Made by a program: the position numbers and the translations under genes. From contig NZ_OZ245712.1 in NCBI RefSeq assembly GCF_965226985.1, forward strand, positions 915,261 through 939,260: a DNA stretch of 24,000 nucleotides. Direction: 5' to 3'. Origin of the DNA: Algihabitans sp. (GTDB taxonomy: Bacteria; Pseudomonadota; Alphaproteobacteria; Kiloniellales; DSM-21159). Shown here piece after piece: positions 7,043 through 15,199 of this stretch (its first letter is position 1; the number at the start of each line of letters is the position of its first letter). The notes beneath the pieces were generated by a model that was not told the DNA's origin, did no database searches, and saw nothing but the letters and a program-made list of their open reading frames with translations.

Positions 7043-8670
7043 TACTGCTGCCCGCGACCCTTCTTCACCCCTGCGACGAAGCGCGAGAGGGTGTCCGACA
7101 TGGCGCCGCGCTCCAGCATGACCTCGATGAGCTGGAAGCGGCCGCGCGTCGTCATCGCCTTGTCCAGGGCGGCCTTGAGGTCTGCCTTGGTGCGGACCCG
7201 CACACCGTCGCCGCCGAGCGGCCCGGCCATCTCGGCGAAGCGCCAGTCGGACAGGTCGTTGAAGTCGGACTCGGGTTGGAAGGCGCGCAGCATCTCCCAG
7301 CTTTCGTTGTTGTAGACGATGACGATGGGGTCCCAGCCGTAGCGCCGGCAGTTACCCAGCTCCCAGCCCGTCATCTGAAAGGCGCCGTCGCCGACCAGGA
7401 TGAGCGTCCGCTTGCCGCTCGCGGCCTGACCGCCCAAGCCACCCGGTACGCCGAAGCCCATGCCCGCGTAGTAGCCGTTGGCCGCCAGCTCGGTGTTTTC
7501 CATCTCCATCGCGGTGAAAAGGCAATCGCCTACATCGCTGACGATCGGGAGAGGACCGTGCTGGCGCATCAGGTCGTTGACCGCCCGTGCGATGTCTGTC
7601 GGCTGAACCGCCTCGTCCGTGCTTTCGAGCATGGCGGGATAGCTGGCGGCGGCAATCGGCTGGCCGCGCTGCGCGTTCACCGGCGTGGCGCGCTCCAGCA
7701 GTGCCTCGACCAGGGCCTCCAGGGGGACGTCGCCGTAAACGTGCCGGCTGACCCGAACCTCGCGACCTAGGGCATGCATCGCCGTGCCGAGATTGATCTG
7801 CTTTTCGGAGACGCCGAAGTTGGTGTCGCAGAGGATGACGCCCAGCAGCAGCAGCCCGTCCGAGGTCTCGACCAGCTCGCTGATTTCGGGCCGTCCCGCC
7901 GCGCCCAGATAGGTTCCTAGAGGTTGTGCCGGCGTCTCGGCGAGCAGGCCGCGCCCCATGAAGGAGGTCACAACGGGCAGCCCAAGCGTCTCGGCCAGGC
8001 GGGCCACCTTGTCCTCCAGTCCGAAGCGGCGGGTCTCCACCCCCACCATCAGGGCCGGCCGCTCGGCCTTGGCCAGACGGTCCAGGATCTCGTCGGCGCA
8101 TTCGGCCAGCGCCTCGGCATCGGTCGGCGTGACCGGCAGGGCCTCGGTCGGCGCCGTTTCCGCGAAGACCAGATCGCGCGGCACCTCCAGATAGACCGGC
8201 ATCGACTGCTCGACCGCTGACCGCAGCACCCGGGCGATCTCCGCTGGCGCCGTGGCGGGATCGTCCAGCACCGCCTGATCGCAGGTCAACTCGGCCATCA
8301 CCCGGAACTGGCTGTCCAGGGTCTTGGCCTGATGATGCAGCAACAGGCCGGAGGTCCGTTCGGCCCGGCCCGGCGCGCCGGAGATCACCACCAGCGGCGA
8401 GCGTTCGGCCAAGGCGCAGGCGACGGGATTGACCAGATTGAAGGCGCCGGCACCGTAGGTCACCGCCGCCACACCCAGCCGGCTGCCGAAGCGCGCCGCG
8501 GAGTCGGCGGCGAAGCCAACCGCCGGTTCGTGACTGAAGGTGTAGAGCGGAAGGATGCCCGTCTGCTCCACCGCCTTGAAGAAGGGCAGGGCGAAGTCGC
8601 CCGGAATGCCGAAGATCTCGCGGGCGCCATGGTCCTTCAGGGCGTGCAAGAGGGATTCCGCAAGGTTCAT
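7042..8670 (-). CDS. Thiamine-diphosphate-dependent 2-keto-acid decarboxylase (indolepyruvate/phenylpyruvate/pyruvate decarboxylase family)
   Basis: The 542-aa protein starts with FGIPGDFALPFF and has SHEPAVGFAADSAAR (catalytic Glu context). The ThDP-binding motif is GDGAFQMTGWELGN...VYNN. Length and domain order fit the PDC/IPDC family. Substrate cannot be assigned from sequence alone. Confidence 0.85.
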   Translation of the reverse strand: MNLAESLLHALKDHGAREIFGIPGDFALPFFKAVEQTGILPLYTFSHEPAVGFAADSAARFGSRLGVAAVTYGAGAFNLVNPVACALAERSPLVVISGAPGRAERTSGLLLHHQAKTLDSQFRVMAELTCDQAVLDDPATAPAEIARVLRSAVEQSMPVYLEVPRDLVFAETAPTEALPVTPTDAEALAECADEILDRLAKAERPALMVGVETRRFGLEDKVARLAETLGLPVVTSFMGRGLLAETPAQPLGTYLGAAGRPEISELVETSDGLLLLGVILCDTNFGVSEKQINLGTAMHALGREVRVSRHVYGDVPLEALVEALLERATPVNAQRGQPIAAASYPAMLESTDEAVQPTDIARAVNDLMRQHGPLPIVSDVGDCLFTAMEMENTELAANGYYAGMGFGVPGGLGGQAASGKRTLILVGDGAFQMTGWELGNCRRYGWDPIVIVYNNESWEMLRAFQPESDFNDLSDWRFAEMAGPLGGDGVRVRTKADLKAALDKAMTTRGRFQLIEVMLERGAMSDTLSRFVAGVKKGRGQQ

Positions 8671-8764
8671 GCCTAGGCTGCTCCCTTAGGTAGATTTCGA
8701 CTGCAGAAACATATCGCAGTGGCGGCGGTCTAAGGAAAGCTGGGAAATGGGATAAGGGTGAACG

Positions 8765-8797
8765 GAAAACGGGCGGCGAGGATACCTCGCCGCCCGT
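8765..8797 (-). terminator. Rho-independent terminator of phoX
   Basis: On the minus strand: ACGGGCGGCGAGG-TAT-CCTCGCCGCCCGT (13-bp perfect GC-rich stem) followed by TTTTCC. It lies about 27 nt after the phoX stop. Confidence 0.7.
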
Positions 8798-8823
8798 CTG
8801 CAGTGGCAAGTTTGCGGTCGCGA

Positions 8824-10827
8824 TCAGACGCCGATCTTGCCGCCGTCGTCTTTGGTGATGGTCACCACGGAGGGACGCGGGGGCATGCCCTCCTGGAAGT
8901 CCGGCCAGCGCGTGGCGGGATCCTCGAAGGTCGAGTTCCGTTCGAAGCCCGGGTAGGCCTTGGTACCGTCGGTGGCCGGATGCTGAACCGCGACAAACAG
9001 CGTGGTGTCGTCGGGCGTAAACTTCGGCCCGCACATCTCGGCACCCACGGGCACGCGGAAGAACATCTTGCCGGTGCCGCGCAGGTCGCCCTCTGTTTCC
9101 ATCGCCCAGACGCCGTCGGCGGTGCCGCTGAGCGACCAGCCGCTGCCCTGGTCCGTGGTGATCCAGAGACGTCCCTGGTTGTCGACCGCGCAGTTGTCCG
9201 GAGAGGCGAACCAGCCGTTCTCCGTCGTCGCCGGGTTCCACATGGCGCCGACCTCGCCGTCCGCGGGATCGCCGCAGACGACAAGCATGTCCCAGGTGTC
9301 CTCGGTGGAGGCGTGGTCGCCGTTGGCGGCCGTGATCTCGACGATCTGACCGAAGCGGTTCTCGGCGCGGGGGTTGGCTGCATCCACCTGCTCGGCGGTC
9401 CGACGGCTGTTGTTGGTCAGCATGACGTAGATCTTGTCGGTCGCCGGGTTGGCCTCGACGTCCTCGGGCCGGTCCATCGGCGTGGCGCCCAGGGCGTCGG
9501 CGGCCAGGCGGGCGTTGATGACCACGGTGGCCTGATCGGGGAAGCCGTTCTCGGCCGTCAGCGGTCCTTCGCCCTGGACCAGTGGCAGCCAGGCGACGGT
9601 GCCGCCCGCATCGAAGCGCGCCACGTAGAGCGTGCCCTCGTCCAGCAGGTCCATGTTGGCAGCACGGTCGTCAGGGTTGTAGGTCCCGGCGCTAACGAAC
9701 TTGTAGAGATAGTCGAAGCGCTGATCGTCGCCCATGTAGACCACGATGCGGCCGTCCCCGTTGACGATCGACTCGCCGCCCTCATGCTTGAAGCGGCCGA
9801 GCGCGGTGCGCTTCTTCGGCGTCGAGGTCGGGTCGAGGGGGTCGACCTCGACGATCCAGCCGAAACGGTTGCTTTCGTTCGGCTCCTTGGTGATGTCGAA
9901 GCGGTCGTGGAACTTGCCCCAGGCATACCAGGCGCCGGGTACGCCGTAGCGCTCCAGGGCGGCCTGCTGCGGATGACCCTCGACGTCGCCCCAGAAGTAG
10001 CCGTGGAAGTTCTCTTCCGCCATCAGGTAGGTGCCCCAGGGGGTGATGCCGCCGGCGCAGTTGTTGATCGTGCCGACGACCCGGGTGCCGCCTGAGTCGA
10101 CGGAGGTCTTCATCAGGTCGTGACCCGCGGCCGGCCCGGTCAGGTCCATCTCGGTCTCGAGCGCGGTGATGCGGCGGGCGTAGTCGCTGCCCGAAACCAC
10201 GTTCCAGGCGCCGTCCACCTTCTCGATCTCCAGGATGGAGCCGCCGTGCGCGGCCATCTCCACCTCGACCAGGTCCTTGGTCATGCCGGCGAACTCGGCG
10301 TCGCCGTCCTGCTTGCCCAGGCCCGGGAACATCACCTCCTCGTTGGTGTATTCGTGATTGACGCAGAGCAGACCGCGCTCGGCGTTGTCCGAGCCGAAGG
10401 GCAGGCCGATGTAGCCGACGTAGTCGTTGTTGTAGCCGAACTGCTGCGCCTGAGCGGCAGCCGTCTGACTCATCGGATCGAACTCTGGCGCATCGGCCAG
10501 AACCGGATCGCCCCAGCGGATCAGAACCTCGGCGCTGTAGCCGGGCGCGACGTGGTGCGTCTCGTCGACACCATGGGAGATTTCGCTGAAGTTGAAGGAG
10601 GCGGAGGCAGCTAGTGCCTTCTTGCCGCCCAGGGCAGCCAAACCGCTGCCGGCGACCGCGCCGATGGCGGCGACGCCCAAGGCGCCCTTCAGGACGTCGC
10701 GGCGGCCGAAGCGGCGGTTGATGACGTCGCCGATGGTCGGCCTGTCCGAGCGGTTGGAGGGGGTGTCTTCGGAAGCTTCGTAGGCCTCCGCGCGGCAGGA
10801 ATAGCGCGACAGATCGCTGTTCTTCAT
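8824..10827 (-). CDS. phoX: PhoX-family alkaline phosphatase, Tat-exported
   Basis: The 667-aa protein has a twin-arginine signal (NRRFGRRDVLKGALGVAAIGAVAG). PhoX/DUF839-type segments are present: NNCAGGITPWGTYL, NRFGWIVEVDP, RPEDVE, FASPDN. A GC-rich hairpin terminator follows the stop. Confidence 0.9.
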   Translation of the reverse strand: MKNSDLSRYSCRAEAYEASEDTPSNRSDRPTIGDVINRRFGRRDVLKGALGVAAIGAVAGSGLAALGGKKALAASASFNFSEISHGVDETHHVAPGYSAEVLIRWGDPVLADAPEFDPMSQTAAAQAQQFGYNNDYVGYIGLPFGSDNAERGLLCVNHEYTNEEVMFPGLGKQDGDAEFAGMTKDLVEVEMAAHGGSILEIEKVDGAWNVVSGSDYARRITALETEMDLTGPAAGHDLMKTSVDSGGTRVVGTINNCAGGITPWGTYLMAEENFHGYFWGDVEGHPQQAALERYGVPGAWYAWGKFHDRFDITKEPNESNRFGWIVEVDPLDPTSTPKKRTALGRFKHEGGESIVNGDGRIVVYMGDDQRFDYLYKFVSAGTYNPDDRAANMDLLDEGTLYVARFDAGGTVAWLPLVQGEGPLTAENGFPDQATVVINARLAADALGATPMDRPEDVEANPATDKIYVMLTNNSRRTAEQVDAANPRAENRFGQIVEITAANGDHASTEDTWDMLVVCGDPADGEVGAMWNPATTENGWFASPDNCAVDNQGRLWITTDQGSGWSLSGTADGVWAMETEGDLRGTGKMFFRVPVGAEMCGPKFTPDDTTLFVAVQHPATDGTKAYPGFERNSTFEDPATRWPDFQEGMPPRPSVVTITKDDGGKIGV

Positions 10828-10953
10828 GGAATGACCTCTCCCGAAAGGGCGCGCGCGGCGTTCACCGCGGCGCTCGTTGTTTGATACATGACGGGCGGCC
10901 GAGCGTTCAGGGCTTGGCCTTGGAAGGAGAGGTACGCGGCAGGTTTGACGGTT

Positions 10954-10971
10954 CTGTTACGGCTCTGTGAA
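10954..10971. promoter_or_regulatory. Pho-box-like direct repeat upstream of phoX
   Basis: CTGTTAC-GGCT-CTGTGAA: two CTGT-heptamers with 11-bp periodicity, as in the E. coli-type Pho box CTGTCAT-N4-CTGTCAT. It lies 127-144 bp upstream of the phoX ATG, but is written on the opposite strand and the match is imperfect. Confidence 0.25.
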
Positions 10972-11107
10972 GTTCCGCCTTCATTTGTGCGCAATTGTTT
11001 GGTCAACACAGAGTTGAGCCGCGATTATCCCCGGAGATCTCACTGTTTGTAATGTCCCAGCGGTCCTTGCGACCTTTTGGCCGGGGCTTTGCCGATCGCG
11101 ACCGGAT

Positions 11108-11389
11108 CTACCAGAGGTACTTCGGAGCCCCGCATTCCGGGCACTCCCAATCGTCGGGCAGATCCGCGAAGGCGACCCCTGGCGGGATGTCGTGCTCCGG
11201 CACACCGATCTTGGGATCGAAGAGGTAGCCGCACTCTGTCTCCGGGCAGCGATAACGCTTCAGCTTGGCTGCGATGGCGACGCTGGGGCCGCGGATGGCC
11301 AGAATCGGTAGGGCGGCTGTGACGATCACCAGGCTGCGCAGCAGGGCACGGCGCGTCGGGCCGCCGCCGTCGGTCTCACGGTCTGTCAT
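11108..11389 (-). CDS. Rubredoxin-domain protein with an N-terminal twin-arginine-type signal peptide
   Basis: The N-terminus is [40 protein letters not shown]|AK. It is followed by a ~53-aa rubredoxin fold pattern: [14 protein letters not shown]...[22 protein letters not shown]. The gene starts 21 nt after the stop of the upstream molybdoenzyme. Confidence 0.8.
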   Translation of the reverse strand: MTDRETDGGGPTRRALLRSLVIVTAALPILAIRGPSVAIAAKLKRYRCPETECGYLFDPKIGVPEHDIPPGVAFADLPDDWECPECGAPKYLW

Positions 11390-11410
11390 CGTTGGGCTCT
11401 CTCGGGCGTG

Positions 11411-13837
11411 TCAGGCGACTTCGGGGGGATCGTAGGCGGTGATGTCCGGCAGCGGCCCGTCGGTTTTCTCGATCTGGACAAGCGCGCTCTGCGCGGCACA
11501 GGCTTGGCTCAAGCGTGAACTGCCGATGTCCCAGGTCACGAGATTCGGGTTCCCGTGCTTGTCGAGGGACCCCGGGACGCCCGGCTCCAACGGATCGATC
11601 CAGGCGCCCTCGTGGATCATCGCGACACCCGGCCGGACGCGGTCGCTGACGATGACGCCGACCTGGCAGGCCCCTCGCGCATTGAAAAGCCGCGCCACGT
11701 CGCCTGTCTCAAGACCACGTTCCGACGCGTCGTCGGGGTGCAGCCACAACGGCTCGCGCCCCTGGATCTTGCTGGCGCGCGCCAGCGGGCCGTTGTCCAT
11801 CTGACTGTGCAGACGGTGCTGCGGATGACTGGAGATCAAGTGCAGTGGCGTGTCCTCGTTGGCCCTGCCTAGCCATTCCTCAGGCTCCAGCCAAGTGGCC
11901 TGACCGGGGCAGTCGTCGTATCCCATCGCCGCGATCTTCTCCGAGAAGAGCTCGATGCGGCCACTGGGGGTCCGCAGGGCGTTGGCCTCTGGATCGGCTC
12001 GAAAGTCCGCCAGATAGACATACTGGTCTTCCGGGCGCGGCATGACGACTAGGCCGTCTTCCCAGAAGGTTTCGAAGTCGGGCAGCACCAGTCCCTCGGC
12101 AACCGCCCGTTCGCGCGCCCGGCCGTAGAGGTGCCGCAGCCAGCCCATCTCGTCCCGGTTCTCCGTAAAGTCGGCGCGGTAGCCCAGCCGCTCCGCAAGA
12201 TCGGCGTAGATGTCGAAGTCGTTGCGCGCCTCGCCGACCGGCGCCACGAGCTGCGGCATGGCGAAGATGTAGCGATCGCGCGGGCTGGCGCCGATGTCGT
12301 TGCGCTCCATCGTTGTCGTCGCCGGCAGCACCAGGTCGGCGCGCCGCGCGGTCGGGGTCCACCAGGGCTCTTGCACGATGACCGTCTCCGGCTTGGCCCA
12401 GGCGCGGGTCAGCCGGTTCAGGTCCTGATGGTGGTGGAAGGGGTTGCCGCCGGCCCAGTGGATCATGCGTATGTCGGGGTAGGACATCCGCCGACCGTTG
12501 AATTCGAACGGCTGACCGGGCTGCAGCAGCATGTCGGCGATGCGCGCCACCGGGATGCGCAGCTTGACCGGATTGCGACCGCGCGAAAAGCCTGGAACGC
12601 TGACGTTATTGGGCGGAAAGGCATAGCCGTTGATCGAGGTGTAGCTGAAGCCGAAGCCTCCGCCAGGCAGGCCGATCTGCCCGAGCAGGGCCGCCAGCAG
12701 GACCGTGCCCCACCAGGGCTGTTCGCCGTAGCGCGCCCGCTGCAGGGACCAGGCGGTCATAATCATGGTCCGCCGCGCCGCCATCTTGCGAGCAAGATCG
12801 CGGATCCAGTCGGCCGGCACCTCGGTCAGCTCGGCCGCCCAGTCTGCGTCCTTCGGCTGACCGTCGCTCTCGCCCAGCAGGTAGGGCCGCGCGCGCTCGA
12901 AGCCGACGGTGTAGCGCTCTACGAAGGCGAGATCGGCCAGGTGCTCGGTCAGCAGCGTGTGACAGAGCGCCAGCATCAGCGCGATGTCGCTGTTCGGCCG
13001 GATCGGGCGCCATTCCATGCCGAGCACGCCGACTTCGTCTTCGCGCACCGGGTTGATGGCGATCATCTCGATCCCGGCGGCCTGGCACTGGCGCAGCCAT
13101 TTTTCCGTCGTGTGCTCGCCGCTGCCGCCCCAGGTAACCTGTGCGTTCTTGAAGGTCGCGCCGCCGAACATGACGATCAGCTTCGTATGCCGGACCAGCG
13201 ACGGCCAGGTGGTGAAGGGGCCGCCGATCGCCTGATTGCTGCCGAGCAGATGGGGCAGCAGCACCATGCCCGCGCCGAAGGAGTAGTTGGTCAGATCGTC
13301 GACGTAGCCGCCGTGCAGCGCATAGAGCCGGTTCGTCATCTCGTCGCAGGCGTGGAAGCGGCCGCCCGAGGCCCAGCCGTAGCTGGCCGCGTAGAAGGAC
13401 TCGTTACCGTAAGCGGCCTTTACGCGCTGCATCTCCTCGGCGGCGATGTCGAGCGCCTGATCCCAGTCCAGCTCGACGAAGGCTTCCTTGCCGCGATCCG
13501 CGCCGTCGGACTTCTCGCGCTTCTCTAGCCAGGACTTGCGGGCCATCGGCTTGGCGATCCGGGACTTGTCGTAGAGGATCGCTGGGAAGTTCTGGATCAT
13601 TGCCGTGGGGAAGGGGTCTCGCTCGAAGGGCGCGACCGAGACCAGCCGCCCGTCGACGACGCGCGCGCGAAACGCGCCCCAGTGGCTGGAGGTCAGAAGT
13701 TCCCTATCGTTCGGCAGAGCGAAGCTCGGCTTGAGGCTGCTGGCTGCACAGGCGGCTGCCGCACCGCCGGCTAGCAGAAACCGGCGGCGGTCCAGAGAGG
13801 GTCCGCGAGCGATTCCGAAGAGATCTCGCACCGCCAT
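11411..13837 (-). CDS. Molybdopterin (bis-MGD) S-/N-oxide reductase, DorA/TorA/BisC subgroup, Tat-exported
   Basis: The start is moved to ATG 13837 because GGAGGAGG lies 7 nt upstream. The N-terminus MAVRDLFGIARGPSLDRRRFLLAGGAAAACAASSLKPSFA is a Tat signal. There is no N-terminal Fe-S Cys cluster. The mature part begins SSHWGAFRARV. The NYSFGAG segment corresponds to the Ser Mo-ligand region of DorA/TorA (from memory). The C-terminal HGNPNLVTWDIGSS...ALVQIEK is typical of this subgroup. Confidence 0.88.
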   Translation of the reverse strand: MAVRDLFGIARGPSLDRRRFLLAGGAAAACAASSLKPSFALPNDRELLTSSHWGAFRARVVDGRLVSVAPFERDPFPTAMIQNFPAILYDKSRIAKPMARKSWLEKREKSDGADRGKEAFVELDWDQALDIAAEEMQRVKAAYGNESFYAASYGWASGGRFHACDEMTNRLYALHGGYVDDLTNYSFGAGMVLLPHLLGSNQAIGGPFTTWPSLVRHTKLIVMFGGATFKNAQVTWGGSGEHTTEKWLRQCQAAGIEMIAINPVREDEVGVLGMEWRPIRPNSDIALMLALCHTLLTEHLADLAFVERYTVGFERARPYLLGESDGQPKDADWAAELTEVPADWIRDLARKMAARRTMIMTAWSLQRARYGEQPWWGTVLLAALLGQIGLPGGGFGFSYTSINGYAFPPNNVSVPGFSRGRNPVKLRIPVARIADMLLQPGQPFEFNGRRMSYPDIRMIHWAGGNPFHHHQDLNRLTRAWAKPETVIVQEPWWTPTARRADLVLPATTTMERNDIGASPRDRYIFAMPQLVAPVGEARNDFDIYADLAERLGYRADFTENRDEMGWLRHLYGRARERAVAEGLVLPDFETFWEDGLVVMPRPEDQYVYLADFRADPEANALRTPSGRIELFSEKIAAMGYDDCPGQATWLEPEEWLGRANEDTPLHLISSHPQHRLHSQMDNGPLARASKIQGREPLWLHPDDASERGLETGDVARLFNARGACQVGVIVSDRVRPGVAMIHEGAWIDPLEPGVPGSLDKHGNPNLVTWDIGSSRLSQACAAQSALVQIEKTDGPLPDITAYDPPEVA

Positions 13838-13894
13838 GACCGAACCTCCTCCCTGATGTCCAAAGCTTGGTCGTGGGCGGTAATCTGCAAGTTG

Positions 13895-13912
13895 CAATGC
13901 GCAAAAGCATTG
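13895..13912. promoter_or_regulatory. Inverted repeat CAATGC-N6-GCATTG upstream of the molybdoenzyme gene
   Basis: 6-bp perfect arms, 58-75 bp upstream of ATG 13837, at the edge of an AT-rich intergenic block (13898-14026). Confidence 0.3.
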
Positions 13913-14026
13913 AGATGAGTCAAGTTTAACTGTGTACGAACTCCATGTTACTTATCTAGTTCATCAAATATAAATAAAACTGTCATATTTCATTTGGTTC
14001 GGGGAAAGTCGGACGTATGCGCTGCG

Positions 14027-15199
14027 TCAATCCGAAAGGTGTTCCGCAAGAGCTGCCAAGTCGCTGTCGCGGCCTGGTTCCGCGATGAGAGACAGTCCGA
14101 CCGGGCCGCCCGTGACCCTGCCGGCCGGCATTGTGACCTGCGGCGCTCCAGACAGGCCGGCGATGCAGGTCAGTTGCGCGATTCGCGGCCAGTCGCGGTA
14201 GGCTTCGGTCGCGGAGGCGCTGCGTTTCGGGGCCGGATCGGGAACGGTCGGCAAACAGAGCAGGCTCTCTTCGTCCAGGCATTCCAGCACGGCGCTGCGC
14301 ATCGCGGGCCAGCCATGGACGGCGGCTTCGTGGACCTGCGGATCCAGTCCGGCACCGGCCGCGAAGTTTGCGGCGACGTTGTAGGCGAAGCGCGGGTTCG
14401 TCTCCAGGATCCAGCTTTGCAAGGTCGCCCAGGCCTCGCGTTGCTGCAGCGCGATCTGACGGTCGCGCCAGACCGTGAGGCCCTCGTCGGCAAGCGTTCT
14501 CCGCTCGACCTCCGTCGCGGCCTGCATCAGCTTGTCGAGATGCGGTTGGAGCGCCTGCCGCGTTTCCTCGCTCACGACGGCCCAGGCGTCCTCCGGCAGC
14601 AACAGCTTGAAGGACTTGGCCTCGCCGCTTCCGAACACGGTCTCTGTCGTTCTGCGCAGAGTTTTCGCATCCCGGGTCATCCAGCCCAGCGTGTCGAAGC
14701 TGGGGGCCTGCGGCAGCACACCCTCGAACTGCAGACGGCCGTGGCTGCAGCGCAGTCCGTAGAGGCCGCAGTAGGCTGCCGGTACGCGCACCGAGCCGCC
14801 GGTGTCGGTGCCGAGCCCGATGTCGGCCAGGCCGCCGGCGACGGCAGCTGCCGAGCCGCTTGAGGAGCCACCGGGAAGGCGGTCCGGAGCGGCTGGATTG
14901 ATCGGCGTGCCGTAGTGGGCGTTCAACCCGAAGATTCCGCGCGACAGCTCGTCCGTATGGGTCTTACCGATCAGATCCGCACCGGCCGCGAGCAGGGTTT
15001 CGATCAGGCTCGCGCTTCGCTCGGCGGGCGGATGACTGGCTGCCCAATCGGGATTGCCGCCACCGGTCACGTCGCCGGCCGTGTCGTAGAGATCCTTGGC
15101 GACGAAGGTCAGGCCCGTCAGCGGGCCGCCCGCCTGCCCCTTGATGGCACGTCGCGGTCCCGCGACGAAGGCGCCGAAGTCTTCGGACGCTTGGGTCAT
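14027..15199 (-). CDS. Amidase-signature (AS) family amidase
   Basis: The AS motif is intact: FVAKDLYD (Lys), GGSSSGSAAAVA (cis-Ser) and GTDTGGSVRVPAAYCGLYGLR (nucleophile Ser). The start ATG forms an ATGA overlap with the stop of the upstream dioxygenase (15196-15199). Confidence 0.9.
   Translation of the reverse strand: MTQASEDFGAFVAGPRRAIKGQAGGPLTGLTFVAKDLYDTAGDVTGGGNPDWAASHPPAERSASLIETLLAAGADLIGKTHTDELSRGIFGLNAHYGTPINPAAPDRLPGGSSSGSAAAVAGGLADIGLGTDTGGSVRVPAAYCGLYGLRCSHGRLQFEGVLPQAPSFDTLGWMTRDAKTLRRTTETVFGSGEAKSFKLLLPEDAWAVVSEETRQALQPHLDKLMQAATEVERRTLADEGLTVWRDRQIALQQREAWATLQSWILETNPRFAYNVAANFAAGAGLDPQVHEAAVHGWPAMRSAVLECLDEESLLCLPTVPDPAPKRSASATEAYRDWPRIAQLTCIAGLSGAPQVTMPAGRVTGGPVGLSLIAEPGRDSDLAALAEHLSD

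Noticed and set aside
7352-9241. 629-aa minus-strand ORF spanning the decarboxylase gene, the intergenic region and the 3' end of phoX
   Set aside because: The translation is a monotonous Arg/Gly/Pro/Ala-rich sequence without motifs. It runs out of frame over two well-supported genes and straight through the phoX terminator hairpin. This is a typical stop-codon-poor alternative frame in GC-rich DNA.
8758-10095. 445-aa plus-strand ORF antisense to phoX
   Set aside because: It is antisense to a gene with strong PhoX motifs. Its composition is Gly/Ala/Val/Arg-rich and low in complexity, with no start context. It is a GC-driven artefact.
12131-13528. 465-aa plus-strand ORF (and 11880..12362 and 12606..13100 on the minus strand) overlapping the molybdoenzyme gene
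   Set aside because: These are alternative frames of a confidently identified 808-aa reductase. The translations are Arg/Pro/Gly-rich with no domain signatures.
14027-15199. Amidase as GatA (Glu/Asp-tRNA amidotransferase subunit A)
   Set aside because: At 390 aa it is clearly shorter than GatA. No gatB or gatC is adjacent. It is translationally coupled to a dioxygenase, so the generic AS amidase call is retained.
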